In this document: in pieces, positions 16,959 through 27,165 of the stretch | How the letters are laid out: the number at the start of each line of letters is the position of its first letter | Numbering within the stretch: position 1 is the first letter of the stretch | Source: a virus | Taxonomy: Duplodnaviria; Caudoviricetes | Virus record (IMG/VR): IMGVR_UViG_3300045996_001882 | Span: 1 to 58,905 of that record | Reading direction: 5' to 3' (one strand) | Length of the DNA stretch: 58,905 bases | Program-made: the position numbers and the translations under genes | The notes under the pieces: model-generated | The model's input: the letters and a program-made list of their open reading frames with translations, nothing else | Told to the model about the DNA's origin: nothing | Database searches by the model: none

Positions 16959-17807
16959 TCACGCCGCCTTACCTAGTTTCTTTCTCATCAGAGCGACCAT
17001 ATCGCTTGGGGAGATCAGATCGTAGGTCATGTAACACAGGCAATGCGGATGAGGTTTGTCGGGAACCTCGTCAGGCTTGAATCGCTTCTTCTCCGCGTAC
17101 TGATCACACAGGTGTTTGGGGTTGGGTGGATGTCGCGAAGACAGATTCCAGATCACAGCCTTGACTTCTTCTCGACCCTTGACGAGTTCTTGCTGCTCAT
17201 CGTGGAACGAGTTGTTAATCTCGGTACGGGCGAGGCGCATAGCGGCGTAAGAAACACCGCCAGGTGTGGCAGGATCGATGAACTTCCGAACTGATCGCGC
17301 AAGTTCCTTCGCGGACAAACCTTGAACGATACCTGCTTTGATCATGTCCTGAACACGACCCGAGGCAAGGTCAGCGTTGCGATACACGCGCCGTGAGAGG
17401 TCTCGTTCGCGTCGCGTACGCAACAACTCGATTGCGGCGTCAGCAGACGCCTGAATGCCTTCTAGGTACGCGTTCGCACGCCTCTCGCCGACAGCGGCGC
17501 GCAATGCGCGATCGATCGACGCTGAAGCGCGTATTGCAGCCTTCCCGACGATCGGAATGTACTTCAAGATGGTGCTCAAAACACCTGATCGCCACATCTT
17601 TTGCTGGTCGGCGTCGATCGCATTGAGCACAGCCTGAAGCTGTACCTGACGCATCGCAGCCCCCACACCGCCGCTTGACTCGAGTGCCTCGATGCGCCGA
17701 GCTGACTGCTTTGCAGCGAGTCGAAGGATGCGACGCATCTCGACATCCATCTTCGTCTGCACAGTCAGATAACGCATGAGCGGTTCACGGTTCGGTGTGG
17801 GAGCCAC
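16959..17807 (-). CDS. MuF-like minor capsid / head morphogenesis protein (282 aa)
   Basis: RLARTEIN and PDKPHPHCLC motifs. Confidence 0.85.
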   Translation of the reverse strand: MAPTPNREPLMRYLTVQTKMDVEMRRILRLAAKQSARRIEALESSGGVGAAMRQVQLQAVLNAIDADQQKMWRSGVLSTILKYIPIVGKAAIRASASIDRALRAAVGERRANAYLEGIQASADAAIELLRTRRERDLSRRVYRNADLASGRVQDMIKAGIVQGLSAKELARSVRKFIDPATPGGVSYAAMRLARTEINNSFHDEQQELVKGREEVKAVIWNLSSRHPPNPKHLCDQYAEKKRFKPDEVPDKPHPHCLCYMTYDLISPSDMVALMRKKLGKAA

Positions 17808-17821
17808 GATTCACCTCCGAC

Positions 17822-19267
17822 CTACTCGTCGTACTCGACCTTCTCGGCTACGAACAGGGAGTAACGCTTGCTGTTACCCAGCTCGCGACTGCGGATGTAC
17901 GCTCGGCGTTGAGCGTTACCCAAACCCTCGTACTCCGGCTCACTGGAGAACCTCGACTCCGCGGTCGGTCGCTTGGGAGTCCGCTTCTTCGGCACGGCGC
18001 GAGGCGCTGCAGTACGCTGGGTCGCCGATTCCTGCTGTTCGCGAGCAGCGTCAGCGAGAAGGTTCCCGCCGTTCCCCGAGATCTTCTTGATCGCCGGCGA
18101 GTTGCGACTCTGACCTGTGGAAGCGTCGTAAGCGCGACTCGACATCGAACGGTCGCTGGGCTTGCGCGGTTCGTTCGCCCTCGCCGCTGCCGCGATAGAA
18201 GCCTCACGAATGCGACGCTGGTAAGCAACCCTCGCTTCTTGATCACGCCTCTGCTGCTCGTGCTTGGCCTGTGCAGCCTTGCGACGAGCCACACTCGCTT
18301 CGCGTTCTGCCCGAGTGGGCTCGTTGCGATTGCGAGCAGCAGCCGTAGAAGAGGCACGAGCAGCACGAGTCGACATCGGCGCGCGATTCGGGTCACCCGC
18401 CGTGGTCGAGCCGTTCTTGCTCCTGCGAACGCGGTCGCGACCCTTCGTGTTCTGCAGCTTCGAGTCCGCGACCATCTGCGCCTCGAACTCGGGGCTGTTG
18501 AGGTACGCCATGAGCGCATCCTCGGTCTTCGTGCGAAGACCCTCGGAATCGAACGTCATGGCCTGCTTCAGAGCCTCGGCGTCGCTCTTCTGCTTCGCCG
18601 TCGCAGGTTCCTGAGCCTCGGCAGCCCGACGCTGCTTCTCCGACCTGTTCCCAGTCCCGAACATGATGTCCGCAGCACTCTCGCGAGAAATGCGGCCACC
18701 TTCGGCCTTGGGGTAAGTCTTCTTCGCCGCGTCGTTGTTGTTCACCACACGTGCTGCCGACGGTTCGTTGGCGCGAGCAGCCTGCTTCTCGAGAAGACTC
18801 GTGAGCTTTGAGTCACCCTTGAGTTTCGCCACCGCGTGAAGACGGCTGTCCTGCTCACTCAGGCCGGGCATCTTGTCGAAAGTGCCGTCCTGAAGCTTCT
18901 TGACCTGCGCCTGCGTGTCGTTGTTCCCTTCGGCGACGGTAGTGAGCTTGCCCTCTCGAGCACGCGCCTGTGCCTTCACCTCGGGTGTGGTGGACTTGGC
19001 AACCGTCGATGCCTGAACACCTTCGTTGCGTCCGCCCTGAGCCTCTTCACGTCGAGCCTGTGCACGAAGACGCTTCGCGACAGCGGATCGACGAGCGATC
19101 TGCTCAGGCGTCAGGTTCATCTTCTTGCTCGACGTGCGAGCGTTGATGTTCGCGACCTTCTCGCGGGCAGTCAGACGCTTCTTGGGACCGCCTCGATAGG
19201 CGTTCTTGTTCCCCTTCAGAGACCGGGAGATGGCAGCCTTCGTCGCGGCACTCAGACTACGTGCCAT
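17822..19267 (-). CDS. Highly basic Ala/Arg/Lys-rich protein (481 aa), candidate internal virion protein
   Basis: Composition; N-terminal SAATKAAISRSLKGNKN resembles NUMOD3; located between portal and MuF. Confidence 0.65.
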   Translation of the reverse strand: MARSLSAATKAAISRSLKGNKNAYRGGPKKRLTAREKVANINARTSSKKMNLTPEQIARRSAVAKRLRAQARREEAQGGRNEGVQASTVAKSTTPEVKAQARAREGKLTTVAEGNNDTQAQVKKLQDGTFDKMPGLSEQDSRLHAVAKLKGDSKLTSLLEKQAARANEPSAARVVNNNDAAKKTYPKAEGGRISRESAADIMFGTGNRSEKQRRAAEAQEPATAKQKSDAEALKQAMTFDSEGLRTKTEDALMAYLNSPEFEAQMVADSKLQNTKGRDRVRRSKNGSTTAGDPNRAPMSTRAARASSTAAARNRNEPTRAEREASVARRKAAQAKHEQQRRDQEARVAYQRRIREASIAAAARANEPRKPSDRSMSSRAYDASTGQSRNSPAIKKISGNGGNLLADAAREQQESATQRTAAPRAVPKKRTPKRPTAESRFSSEPEYEGLGNAQRRAYIRSRELGNSKRYSLFVAEKVEYDE

Positions 19268-19268
19268 C

Positions 19269-19349
19269 CTACTTCACCTTCTTCCCGGATCCCTTGTTGC
19301 GCTTGAGCCGCTTGTCCTTCCGGGTTCCCGGATTGGGCTTTCCTCCCAT
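19269..19349 (-). CDS. Basic micropeptide (26 aa)
   Basis: MGGKPNPGTRKDKRLKRNKGSGKKVK; GAGGTGA RBS; fills portal-to-next-gene gap with 1-nt spacers. Confidence 0.5.
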   Translation of the reverse strand: MGGKPNPGTRKDKRLKRNKGSGKKVK

Positions 19350-19350
19350 G

Positions 19351-20883
19351 TCACGTCACCTCGATGTCGAGTCCTTCGTTGGCCAGTTCATCATCGACTC
19401 GAGCACCGAACGGATCCGCCGCCCGAGCGATGCGATCTTGGTCGGCCTGGATGTCCGCTTCCATGTTGGCCGGGAACTGAATCCCGAAGAGGCGTGTCAT
19501 CTCAGCTCGATAGAACGCCGTGCTGATGACCTGGCGATCCAGCATCGCATCGAGTTCAGCACGGGTGGCAGCGCGGTCGGTCGGCATCTTGTCCCCGAAC
19601 GTCATGGTTGGAGCCATGCCGTCGAATCGAACTTGCTCGTAGGTCGGGAACCACTGCGTCGCGAGGTCGTAGAGCATCTGATCGTGAGTACCCAGGATGA
19701 GTTCTTCCTTGGCCTCAGCCTTGGACAACATGGGAGCGAACTGAAGAGCACGCGCCACACCCGATTCAGCGACCGACACGTCAACCGAGCCGATAGCGAT
19801 GTCAGGCGTGTTCGAGCCCTCCTTAATGTTCTTCATCAGCAAAGCGATGTGTTCCTGAAACGGGCCGACTGAACCCACACCGCTGACGCGTTGGAACGAC
19901 TTGCCGCCTTCGTACCCGACGACAGATCCCGGCCCGAGTTCCCACGGGAGTTCGTTGCCTTCGTCATCCGTCGGGTTCGGAGCATCCGTCGCGTACACGC
20001 CGAGGCCTTCCAGAGCGAGTGCGAGGTCTTCGTCCGAAATCGACTGATTGACAGCGGCGATGATTCGCTCGAACCCGCGAAGATCACTAGATCCGAACGG
20101 GTTCTGGGGCTCCTCGAAGTTCTTGGTGTGGTACAGGGGGATCGAGGTGATCCCGGGCAACTCCATCACGGGGGTGAGCACCTGCTTGGGACGCGTCTTC
20201 GTGCCGGCAACGCCCCACTCGGGATCGACCTCCCAGAGCGTCACTTCGTACGACACCCATTGACCCGGATTCTCCGCGGTCAGAGGACGTCGATACGTCG
20301 AACGCTTCAGGAGGATTTCCTCCGAGTTTTTCGGATCGGCGTACATGTCCACGACATGAACACCCACGATCTTGTCGAGATCGTTCTCGTCGAAGATCGG
20401 GAAGTACGTCCCCGGGTCGACCGCACGAATCGACACGCGAGAGCCGGGCGGCTTGAGGGGGTCAGCGTAGAGCTGCCACACCCAATCGCCGCGCATGAGG
20501 CCGTAGAGCTTGTTGCTCGTGAACTTCGACCAGAATCGTTCACGCTTGAAGAAGTTGTTCCAGAAGTCATTGGCAGCCGAGATGGTCTCAGCCGTCGCCG
20601 GGTTGATGAACGACGGCACGAGCGCGAGGCTCGGCTTGGGTGCTGTGAATCGAGCTGTGGTGTTGATGATGGTCATACCGCTCGGCAGGTAGATGGGCTT
20701 GTCCTCGACCGCTCGAGCTACCAGCTTGAACGTCTGAGGAACCCCCCAGTAAATCTGCTCGTAAAGCCCGTACGACGTCACACGCTCCTGATCCAACCTG
20801 TCAGCAATCCATGACGGACCGCCGCTGGCGGGCATGAATCCTGACAGTGTGGAGTAAGGCGTGAAGTCGGTTGGAGAAGTCAT
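19351..20883 (-). CDS. Portal protein (510 aa)
   Basis: Follows terminase; PFGSSDL and SGVARAL motifs. Confidence 0.88.
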   Translation of the reverse strand: MTSPTDFTPYSTLSGFMPASGGPSWIADRLDQERVTSYGLYEQIYWGVPQTFKLVARAVEDKPIYLPSGMTIINTTARFTAPKPSLALVPSFINPATAETISAANDFWNNFFKRERFWSKFTSNKLYGLMRGDWVWQLYADPLKPPGSRVSIRAVDPGTYFPIFDENDLDKIVGVHVVDMYADPKNSEEILLKRSTYRRPLTAENPGQWVSYEVTLWEVDPEWGVAGTKTRPKQVLTPVMELPGITSIPLYHTKNFEEPQNPFGSSDLRGFERIIAAVNQSISDEDLALALEGLGVYATDAPNPTDDEGNELPWELGPGSVVGYEGGKSFQRVSGVGSVGPFQEHIALLMKNIKEGSNTPDIAIGSVDVSVAESGVARALQFAPMLSKAEAKEELILGTHDQMLYDLATQWFPTYEQVRFDGMAPTMTFGDKMPTDRAATRAELDAMLDRQVISTAFYRAEMTRLFGIQFPANMEADIQADQDRIARAADPFGARVDDELANEGLDIEVT

Positions 20884-22259
20884 CGGCCCATCCTTGCCTT
20901 GGTGACACTAGACCGTCTCTGTGTCAATGTCTCACCAGGGATTCCGTAGTAGCCGCGCATGAATCGACCCAGCGCTTCAGGGCCGTGGTTGTCCTTGTCG
21001 ATCGGGTGCTCGCTTTGGGACTTGACCTCAGATCGATGTTCCGGCCAGCGATAGCCCTCTCGCATCTCCCAGGAAAGCTGCTTGCACGATCGATCCACAA
21101 ACAGCTTCGGTTGACGATCACGATGACCGTATGGAAGATGTGTGTTGCGCTCCTTCAGCGCGCCGCGAATCAACGAGTCACGGATACGCCTTTCGCCGCC
21201 TGTGTTGTTCCTGGGCGGGATCTTGAGTGCATTCTGCAACGTCAACGTGTCGTCAGGCTCAGCAGGATCCGGGTAGAAAGCCACAGTCTTTCTCACCAGA
21301 TCCCCGTGATGGAGCAGAAGTTCCTGCGCCACCTCAGGCGTGTCGCGCTGAGTCCAGTAGAATTCCTTGATGACGTAGATGTTATCCCACTCATCAACCT
21401 GGAGCCACAACCACACGAACGGGTTCGTGTAGCCGTAGTCAATCGCAGCATACAGCGGCCACGACGGGTTGTACTCCAAGTTCTTCAGGTGAATGTCGTC
21501 ATCCCATTCCTGCATGACGGCACCGACCTTATCCACGAACTGAGCACCGTACTGACGGTTGAATTCATCAGCCGTCAGATCAGCCTCTGCTTCGAGGATT
21601 TCCGGGTCATTACGTCCACCCGGGAAGATCCAGGTATTAGCCCAACTCGGGAATCGCCAGGACTCCCAGTTGGGGAAGTTTGTGTCTGATCCACGCTGCC
21701 ACAGGGCGTAGAGCAACGAATGCTCCGACTTGCCCTCGGGCACACCCGTGAACGCAGCCCAGCCCTTCTTGTCGGACAGCGTGGGGCGAATGTACTCACC
21801 CCAGGTGCGGCGCTTGTGCCGGCCCGCTTCGACCATCAACACGAAGTCGAGACCGTCGCCGACGAGCGTCTCTGGGTGCTTGGCGCTCTTGGCGAGCAGC
21901 TCAAAGCCCCAGTTAGTCTTGATGTGCATTGACCCGTTATCGGGGTTGTTCTGGAACTTGATCGACTCCCGATCGATGCCGAGCCGTCGGAAGTCATCGT
22001 AGACGATCTTGAATTCCTTCTCAGCATCAGAGTACTGGGGACCACACACCCAGCCGAGTTGAGGGCCGCCCGTGATGTGTCGCGACACGACGAATGCCTG
22101 CGGCTGAATCTCGTAGGCACCCATCTTCGTCTTGCCGAAACGACGCCCGTTCGGAGCAACGCGAAAACGCGCTCGCGAATTGTGAAACGCCATCTGACCG
22201 GGGTGCGGCTCGTACCCGAGCTTCTCGAAGTACTTCGCTTTGTCAAAGATCTTGGGCAC
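20880..22259 (-). CDS. terL: Terminase large subunit (459 aa)
   Basis: Walker A GRRFGKT, Walker B-like VLMVEAG, nuclease IDYGYTNP, DPAEP, DNHGPEALG. Confidence 0.95.
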   Translation of the reverse strand: MPKIFDKAKYFEKLGYEPHPGQMAFHNSRARFRVAPNGRRFGKTKMGAYEIQPQAFVVSRHITGGPQLGWVCGPQYSDAEKEFKIVYDDFRRLGIDRESIKFQNNPDNGSMHIKTNWGFELLAKSAKHPETLVGDGLDFVLMVEAGRHKRRTWGEYIRPTLSDKKGWAAFTGVPEGKSEHSLLYALWQRGSDTNFPNWESWRFPSWANTWIFPGGRNDPEILEAEADLTADEFNRQYGAQFVDKVGAVMQEWDDDIHLKNLEYNPSWPLYAAIDYGYTNPFVWLWLQVDEWDNIYVIKEFYWTQRDTPEVAQELLLHHGDLVRKTVAFYPDPAEPDDTLTLQNALKIPPRNNTGGERRIRDSLIRGALKERNTHLPYGHRDRQPKLFVDRSCKQLSWEMREGYRWPEHRSEVKSQSEHPIDKDNHGPEALGRFMRGYYGIPGETLTQRRSSVTKARMGR

Positions 22260-22276
22260 GAGCCACCTCCCTTCGA

Positions 22277-22510
22277 TCAGACCAGCTCGATGATCCAGCG
22301 CGCGTCCGGGTCGCTGTTGCTGACACCCGAACCATCACTGAACTGGATGTTCCGCAGATCCGCGCTCACGCCGACGATCGTGCGATTCTCCACGAGGTCC
22401 TGCACGGGCGGCTGGATCGACACATTGCACATCTCGCCGAGGTACTGCTTGTACTCCTCGGGCGTCGACTCGGCATCCGGCAGTCCGGGCCGACCAGAAG
22501 GAACGGTCAT
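22277..22510 (-). CDS. Hypothetical protein (77 aa)
   Basis: AGGAGAG RBS, in operon. Confidence 0.55.
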   Translation of the reverse strand: MTVPSGRPGLPDAESTPEEYKQYLGEMCNVSIQPPVQDLVENRTIVGVSADLRNIQFSDGSGVSNSDPDARWIIELV

Positions 22511-22518
22511 AAACTCTC

Positions 22519-22731
22519 CTACTTCGAGATCTGCTTGGTAGCAGGTGGGGCTGGCTCCGTCTCAGCATTTCTGCCGTTCGGGAACCCCGCAGCCGGGTTG
22601 GTTGCGGTGATCATGTAATGCGTCTCCTTGACGGAGTTCGCAGGACTGTGGGGCGGCGGCTGGATCAGATTACCCACACCACCGAACTCAGTTCCCCGAT
22701 TGATCGGGCGGCGAGAAATGTGGCGGCTCAT
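22519..22731 (-). CDS. Hypothetical protein (70 aa)
   Basis: GGAGG RBS, in operon. Confidence 0.55.
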   Translation of the reverse strand: MSRHISRRPINRGTEFGGVGNLIQPPPHSPANSVKETHYMITATNPAAGFPNGRNAETEPAPPATKQISK

Positions 22732-23029
22732 ACGACTGACCTCCCATCGAACTGACGGTCCTGAGCAGCTTCGCGGCTTCCTCGATCTGCTCGGGGGTGA
22801 TCACACCTGCGTTGATGAGCGCCATGCGCAGCGCCGGGTCGAAAGGCACCATCGCCGGCATGACTTGCAACGGGGGCGGTGTGGGATCGTCAGCAACGAG
22901 CTGGTCTTTCTCGTTGAGGTACCTGGACGGGGCGTTGAACGGGTGTCGGGGTGAATTGGCGACGTGCCAGCTCAACGTTTTACCGCACATCGAACACGTC
23001 TCGTCAGAATCGTGATCACTGCCCTTCAT
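22688..23029 (-). CDS. Hypothetical protein with CxxC...H...H motif (113 aa)
   Basis: CSMCG...H...H; start overlaps end of terminase small subunit. Confidence 0.5.
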   Translation of the reverse strand: MKGSDHDSDETCSMCGKTLSWHVANSPRHPFNAPSRYLNEKDQLVADDPTPPPLQVMPAMVPFDPALRMALINAGVITPEQIEEAAKLLRTVSSMGGQSYEPPHFSPPDQSGN

Positions 23030-23552
23030 CGCCTTCCACCTCCTCCCATTCGCTTTCGTCCAGGTCGATCGCGTCATCGTGCACCATCTCACCGTCAGCG
23101 TTCACGATGACATCTGCGAGCATGTCCGTGAACTTGACGTTGTTCTGGACCTCCACACGCTGCGTCGCCATGCCCATCGTCTGGTCGAGGATGTACTTCG
23201 CAGCCTGGAACCGAACTGAATCCGATTCACCCTGCATCATCAACTCATGCATGACGCCGATCGCAGCGCCCGAGTGAACACTCAGCTCAGTGAGTGCTGA
23301 ACTCTTGAGCCGACGTGATGCTTCCTCGAGCACGATCGTGGTGACCCACGACGGACGCTTCTTGCGGAAGTTGCCTTCTTCGTCTCGGGGTTGCCCCCGG
23401 CGCAACTCCTCGAAGTCCCATTCTTCGACGGGCTTTCGATAGATGATTGCGAGATCGGCCTTGGCACGAGTCACATCCCGCTTGACTCGATTTTCCGTTC
23501 TCTTCAAGCGAGCACGTGCCGCTGCGGGCCGCTCGCTGTATTCACGAGCCAT
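23016..23552 (-). CDS. Putative terminase small subunit (178 aa)
   Basis: GGAGG RBS before MAREYS; VRFQAAKYILD...G...QRVEV pattern; upstream of terL. Confidence 0.65.
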   Translation of the reverse strand: MAREYSERPAAARARLKRTENRVKRDVTRAKADLAIIYRKPVEEWDFEELRRGQPRDEEGNFRKKRPSWVTTIVLEEASRRLKSSALTELSVHSGAAIGVMHELMMQGESDSVRFQAAKYILDQTMGMATQRVEVQNNVKFTDMLADVIVNADGEMVHDDAIDLDESEWEEVEGDEGQ

Positions 23553-23641
23553 GACGAGCCTCCACCCTCTGTGTGGATGACCCTCATGGCAGAATACGAC
23601 GTCGGGGTAGTCGCGTAACTGCCATGAGGGCCATGCTACGC

Positions 23642-23671
23642 ACATTACGCACCCAAAATCCCTCTTGTCAA
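23642..23671 (-). promoter_or_regulatory. Sigma70-type promoter for packaging/structural operon
   Basis: TTGACA-N18-TAATGT in the intergenic gap upstream of terS. Confidence 0.65.
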
Positions 23672-23764
23672 ACGTCGCACCGGCCGGTCACATTTTTCTC
23701 AGATACTCTGACGAAATCGGCCGACCGTCAGGTAGCAACGATCAGCCGATTCGCGTCGACACGG

Positions 23765-24079
23765 TTACTCGATCGAATCGTCGTCCGGGTCACACGTGCA
23801 GTTGGCCTCCGAGCTGCGATAACGCAGGATGTCAGAAGCCTGGGTCAACAGGCCTAGTGCGACGGTCGCTCGAACCTGACCCTGGCGGAACAGCAGGCCC
23901 ACATCGCCATGCGGCGCGCCGTCGGCGTCGGTCATGTCCATCTTCATCAGCTCGATTGCCACGATGAAGTCCACCATGAAGAAGCCCGGCGCCGGCACGT
24001 TGTACGCCTTCATGGCCGCCTTGATGGCCTCCTCGAGTGCGTAGTCCGCATCCTTCTGCTCTGACGTCTTGTTACCCAC
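23765..24079 (-). CDS. Hypothetical protein (104 aa)
   Basis: GTG start after GGGAG; GLLTQA C-terminal pattern. Confidence 0.5.
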   Translation of the reverse strand: MGNKTSEQKDADYALEEAIKAAMKAYNVPAPGFFMVDFIVAIELMKMDMTDADGAPHGDVGLLFRQGQVRATVALGLLTQASDILRYRSSEANCTCDPDDDSIE

Positions 24080-24081
24080 AA

Positions 24082-25790
24082 CTACTCCCGTCCCAAATCC
24101 ACGACGATGAACCAACTAATCCACGCCACCACAACCGTGATCAGAAACGCGAAGAACCACGAGATGTCGTAGTGAATGAACCGCGCCAGGAGTTTCACTC
24201 CCACCGTGATCGGCACACACATGCTCAGCTTGATCAGGAATTCCTGAACCGGCGTGAACATCCTATCCCCTGTCATCGAAATCGAGCACTCGACCTTGGC
24301 CCTGCATTCGATGTGGTACAGGGGGCGGCCAGTTCACCTTGGTGTGTGCCGCCCGGGTGTACTGAGCACGCGTGACACGACTACGTGACGCACGAGCTCC
24401 CAGAACACCGTCCAGGTTCGTCTGTGAGCGCCTGAAACGCATTCGACGAGTGAATGCGCGTCGCACACGCTCCAGGAGCGTCACGAGACCTCCTGGCGTC
24501 GTTCGTCATCGACCATGACCTGCTCCGTGATGTTGAACAGCAGCTGAACGGCCCGATTGAACTCGGGCGAGATCTGCTTGATGTTTGCGCGCTGATCGTC
24601 GGTCAGGCTCATCCACACCGATCGGAGGTCGATCGCGTGCGGGTGGTCGAAGTGCGGCGTGGTGTAGGTCAGAACCGACAGCGCCACACCGAACTCGTCT
24701 TCGATCGCCTTCTGTACTCTCGAAGACATGACCGATGACGGGATGCGCTCCTCGGCCTTGTAGACACCGGTGACGAGGAAGTTCACTCGACGATCGGCCC
24801 GCGGCGTGTGGGCATTAGTCATGACTGCTTTCCCATCTGGTCGATGACGCGCTGGACATTCTCGAAGGTGTCGTGGTTGTACTCGCCGAGAAGCTTCCCG
24901 TATCCCATCTCGGGAAGCGCTCGCTCGACGGTCTTGGCCTTCGCCTCCACACGAGCCTGACGAGCCCTGTGATCACTGATGGCCCGACGCCAGCGATCCG
25001 GTTCGTTGCGCATCGCGGAAGTGACAGCCTCGAACGCCGACACCTCGTCCTTCAACCACACCTGCTGACGCGCACTCTCGCCGAATGCCTCGGGGAGTGG
25101 GCCGAAGAAACGAACTCCCCCGGGAGACACCTTGAGTTCGCGAACTTCGCCAATCTGGTCTTCGGTCTTGCGGTTCACATCAGTTCCAATCTTGCGTCGA
25201 GCAGCAAGTCCATGTCGGGGTGTGGGTAGTGCTTAGAACGTTTCACGATGTCACGCAGATGATCGTCCACCGAATCGACGATGGACTTACCCTCCTCATC
25301 GGCCTGGATGATGTAGCGATACCCATAGGCCCCAGTCACGTACATGTACTTCTCGGCCCAATTGACCTGGACCGTGTCGAACTGCTGAACGGTTCTGCGA
25401 CGATTACTCCTGAGTACCTTCGCCATCGTCAGACCCCTCATTCTTGTTCTGTGTTGCTTCGATCTTCGCACGCCTCAGGGCGTCTCGCATCAGTTGCTTC
25501 ACATCTTGTGAGAAATACGGCTCAGCACACCTCATGCGCGTGCGTGCGATAGCACGGGCGTAACCCTGAAGCATCGCCTTGTACTTGACGACCTCCAGTT
25601 CCGGATCCATCTGATCGATGTACACGCCCGAATCAGACTGTGCCGCGACGACCTTGCGCGCAATCGCCAAGAGGTCATCATCCACAGTTTCTACCAACGT
25701 GCGCCCAGCCGTGGAGTGACCAAGACTGAGCGCATCGTTGACCTTCTTCGCCAGCTTCCTGTCGATACCAGCCTGTGTGCGTCGCGTCAT
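24082..25790 (-). CDS. Run of six overlapping small hypothetical genes (24082-24276 membrane, 24263-24484, 24481-24822, 24819-25178, 25175-25471, 25404-25790)
   Basis: ORFs tile the minus strand with ATGA/GTGA-type overlaps; no recognisable motifs. Confidence 0.5.
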
Positions 25791-25829
25791 GCGTCGAACG
25801 TACGCGCAGAGATCACCACGGACAACTCA

Positions 25830-26021
25830 TCAGGCAAAGCGATCGTTGCCCCCGGGAACAACGCTCCCGGGCGGCGGCCAATCACCTTGCTGAGCGTAGC
25901 CCATCACCGACCGGACTTGGGGCGTATCAGATCCGCATTCACACAGCCCACACGCCCAGCACCCGCCGCAGTCCTCACAGCGGTCGTGATGGACGTCCTC
26001 AGCGTCCTCGTCGACACTCAT
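25830..26021 (-). CDS. Cys-rich small protein (63 aa)
   Basis: HDRCEDCGGCWACGLCECG; ATGA overlap with exonuclease gene. Confidence 0.45.
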   Translation of the reverse strand: MSVDEDAEDVHHDRCEDCGGCWACGLCECGSDTPQVRSVMGYAQQGDWPPPGSVVPGGNDRFA

Positions 26022-26605
26022 CTCGCGCCACCACCCGCCGCGATGCTGCGCAGGTACGCCCGCTTCACAGCGTTGTGGCGGGCGTCGTCGAGGGCGTTGT
26101 GGAGGCCGGTCTGCTGCTTCGGCAGCTCGTCCCACGGCACGCCGAGCCGCAGCGCTTCCTGCTGGATGTCGCACGTGAACATCGGCAGCCCGTCGGGGTG
26201 GTCGATCATGGCGCCCCAGAGCTGGCAGAGGGCGACGTGGTCGTACGCCCCGTAGTCCGCCCACAGCACCGGTCGCCCGGCGGCGAGCAGGAACGCCTCG
26301 ACCTCGGCGGCGATCTGCTTGCGCGACTTCACCAGGGGACTGTGGTAGTCGAACAGCCACGATTTCGGCATGTGGTTGTTCCAGTCCCCATAAGGCTTCG
26401 GGAGGCTGGGCACGACGTTGTCCATGAGCCACTGGTTCTTGCGGATGCGGCGCTCCAGGCTGCCTCTGGTGGTGTCGCTGCTGACGGCGTAGTACTCGCG
26501 GCCATCGGCAGCGACGATCCCGATGGAGATCAGCTCGATGGTGCAGCCGTCCTCCAGGAACTCCAGGTCGTAGTCGTAGTCGGTGGTCGGAGTGTCAGCC
26601 GTCAT
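26018..26605 (-). CDS. DEDDh 3'-5' exoribonuclease, Rv2179c/RNase AS-like (195 aa)
   Basis: YDLEFLEDG.TIELISIGIV, WADYGAYDHVALCQLWG, HNALDDARH. Confidence 0.85.
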   Translation of the reverse strand: MTADTPTTDYDYDLEFLEDGCTIELISIGIVAADGREYYAVSSDTTRGSLERRIRKNQWLMDNVVPSLPKPYGDWNNHMPKSWLFDYHSPLVKSRKQIAAEVEAFLLAAGRPVLWADYGAYDHVALCQLWGAMIDHPDGLPMFTCDIQQEALRLGVPWDELPKQQTGLHNALDDARHNAVKRAYLRSIAAGGGAR

Positions 26606-27165
26606 CGCGTCGACCCCGAGTTCTGGCTCATGTACTGACGGCATTGGTCGAGCCACAGCCATACAGCCTCACGCCACTGTTTGTTGGCCAACGCCCAATT
26701 CATCTGGGCATCGAGGATGATGTCGAACGCGTCGCTCAACATCTGCGTCTCGTCCAACAACGCCGGACCCGGGCTTGAACTCTCACCGTTCATCACTGCG
26801 GTACCCGCGTTGTGGACTGTCGAGGTGACCACCCCGTCTACGTCGATAACGCGCACGTAGCGCCACATGTGCTCCTTGAAGTACCCGATCTCGTACTTGA
26901 GCACCAGTTCGCCGGGGTTCTCGACGGAGTACATGGGCTCGAACGGCCTCGAGAAGATCTTGAGGTCGCCGTTGTTCGGGTTGATCTCCCACGAGACTCC
27001 TCGAGCGAAGTCCTCGTAGCTGAGTTCTCCGCTCACCGAGTCGACAACCTGCACCCGAACTCCGCCGTGACGAAGCTCACGCTCGCCCTCGTCCGCACCC
27101 TGCTGCATTCCCACGTCCTTCTTCCTCGGCCAATCCCTCGGATTGATGTGCACGTTCACGGCCAT
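26602..27165 (-). CDS. Hypothetical protein (187 aa)
   Basis: GAGG RBS before MAVNVH; overlaps neighbours. Confidence 0.55.
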   Translation of the reverse strand: MAVNVHINPRDWPRKKDVGMQQGADEGERELRHGGVRVQVVDSVSGELSYEDFARGVSWEINPNNGDLKIFSRPFEPMYSVENPGELVLKYEIGYFKEHMWRYVRVIDVDGVVTSTVHNAGTAVMNGESSSPGPALLDETQMLSDAFDIILDAQMNWALANKQWREAVWLWLDQCRQYMSQNSGSTR

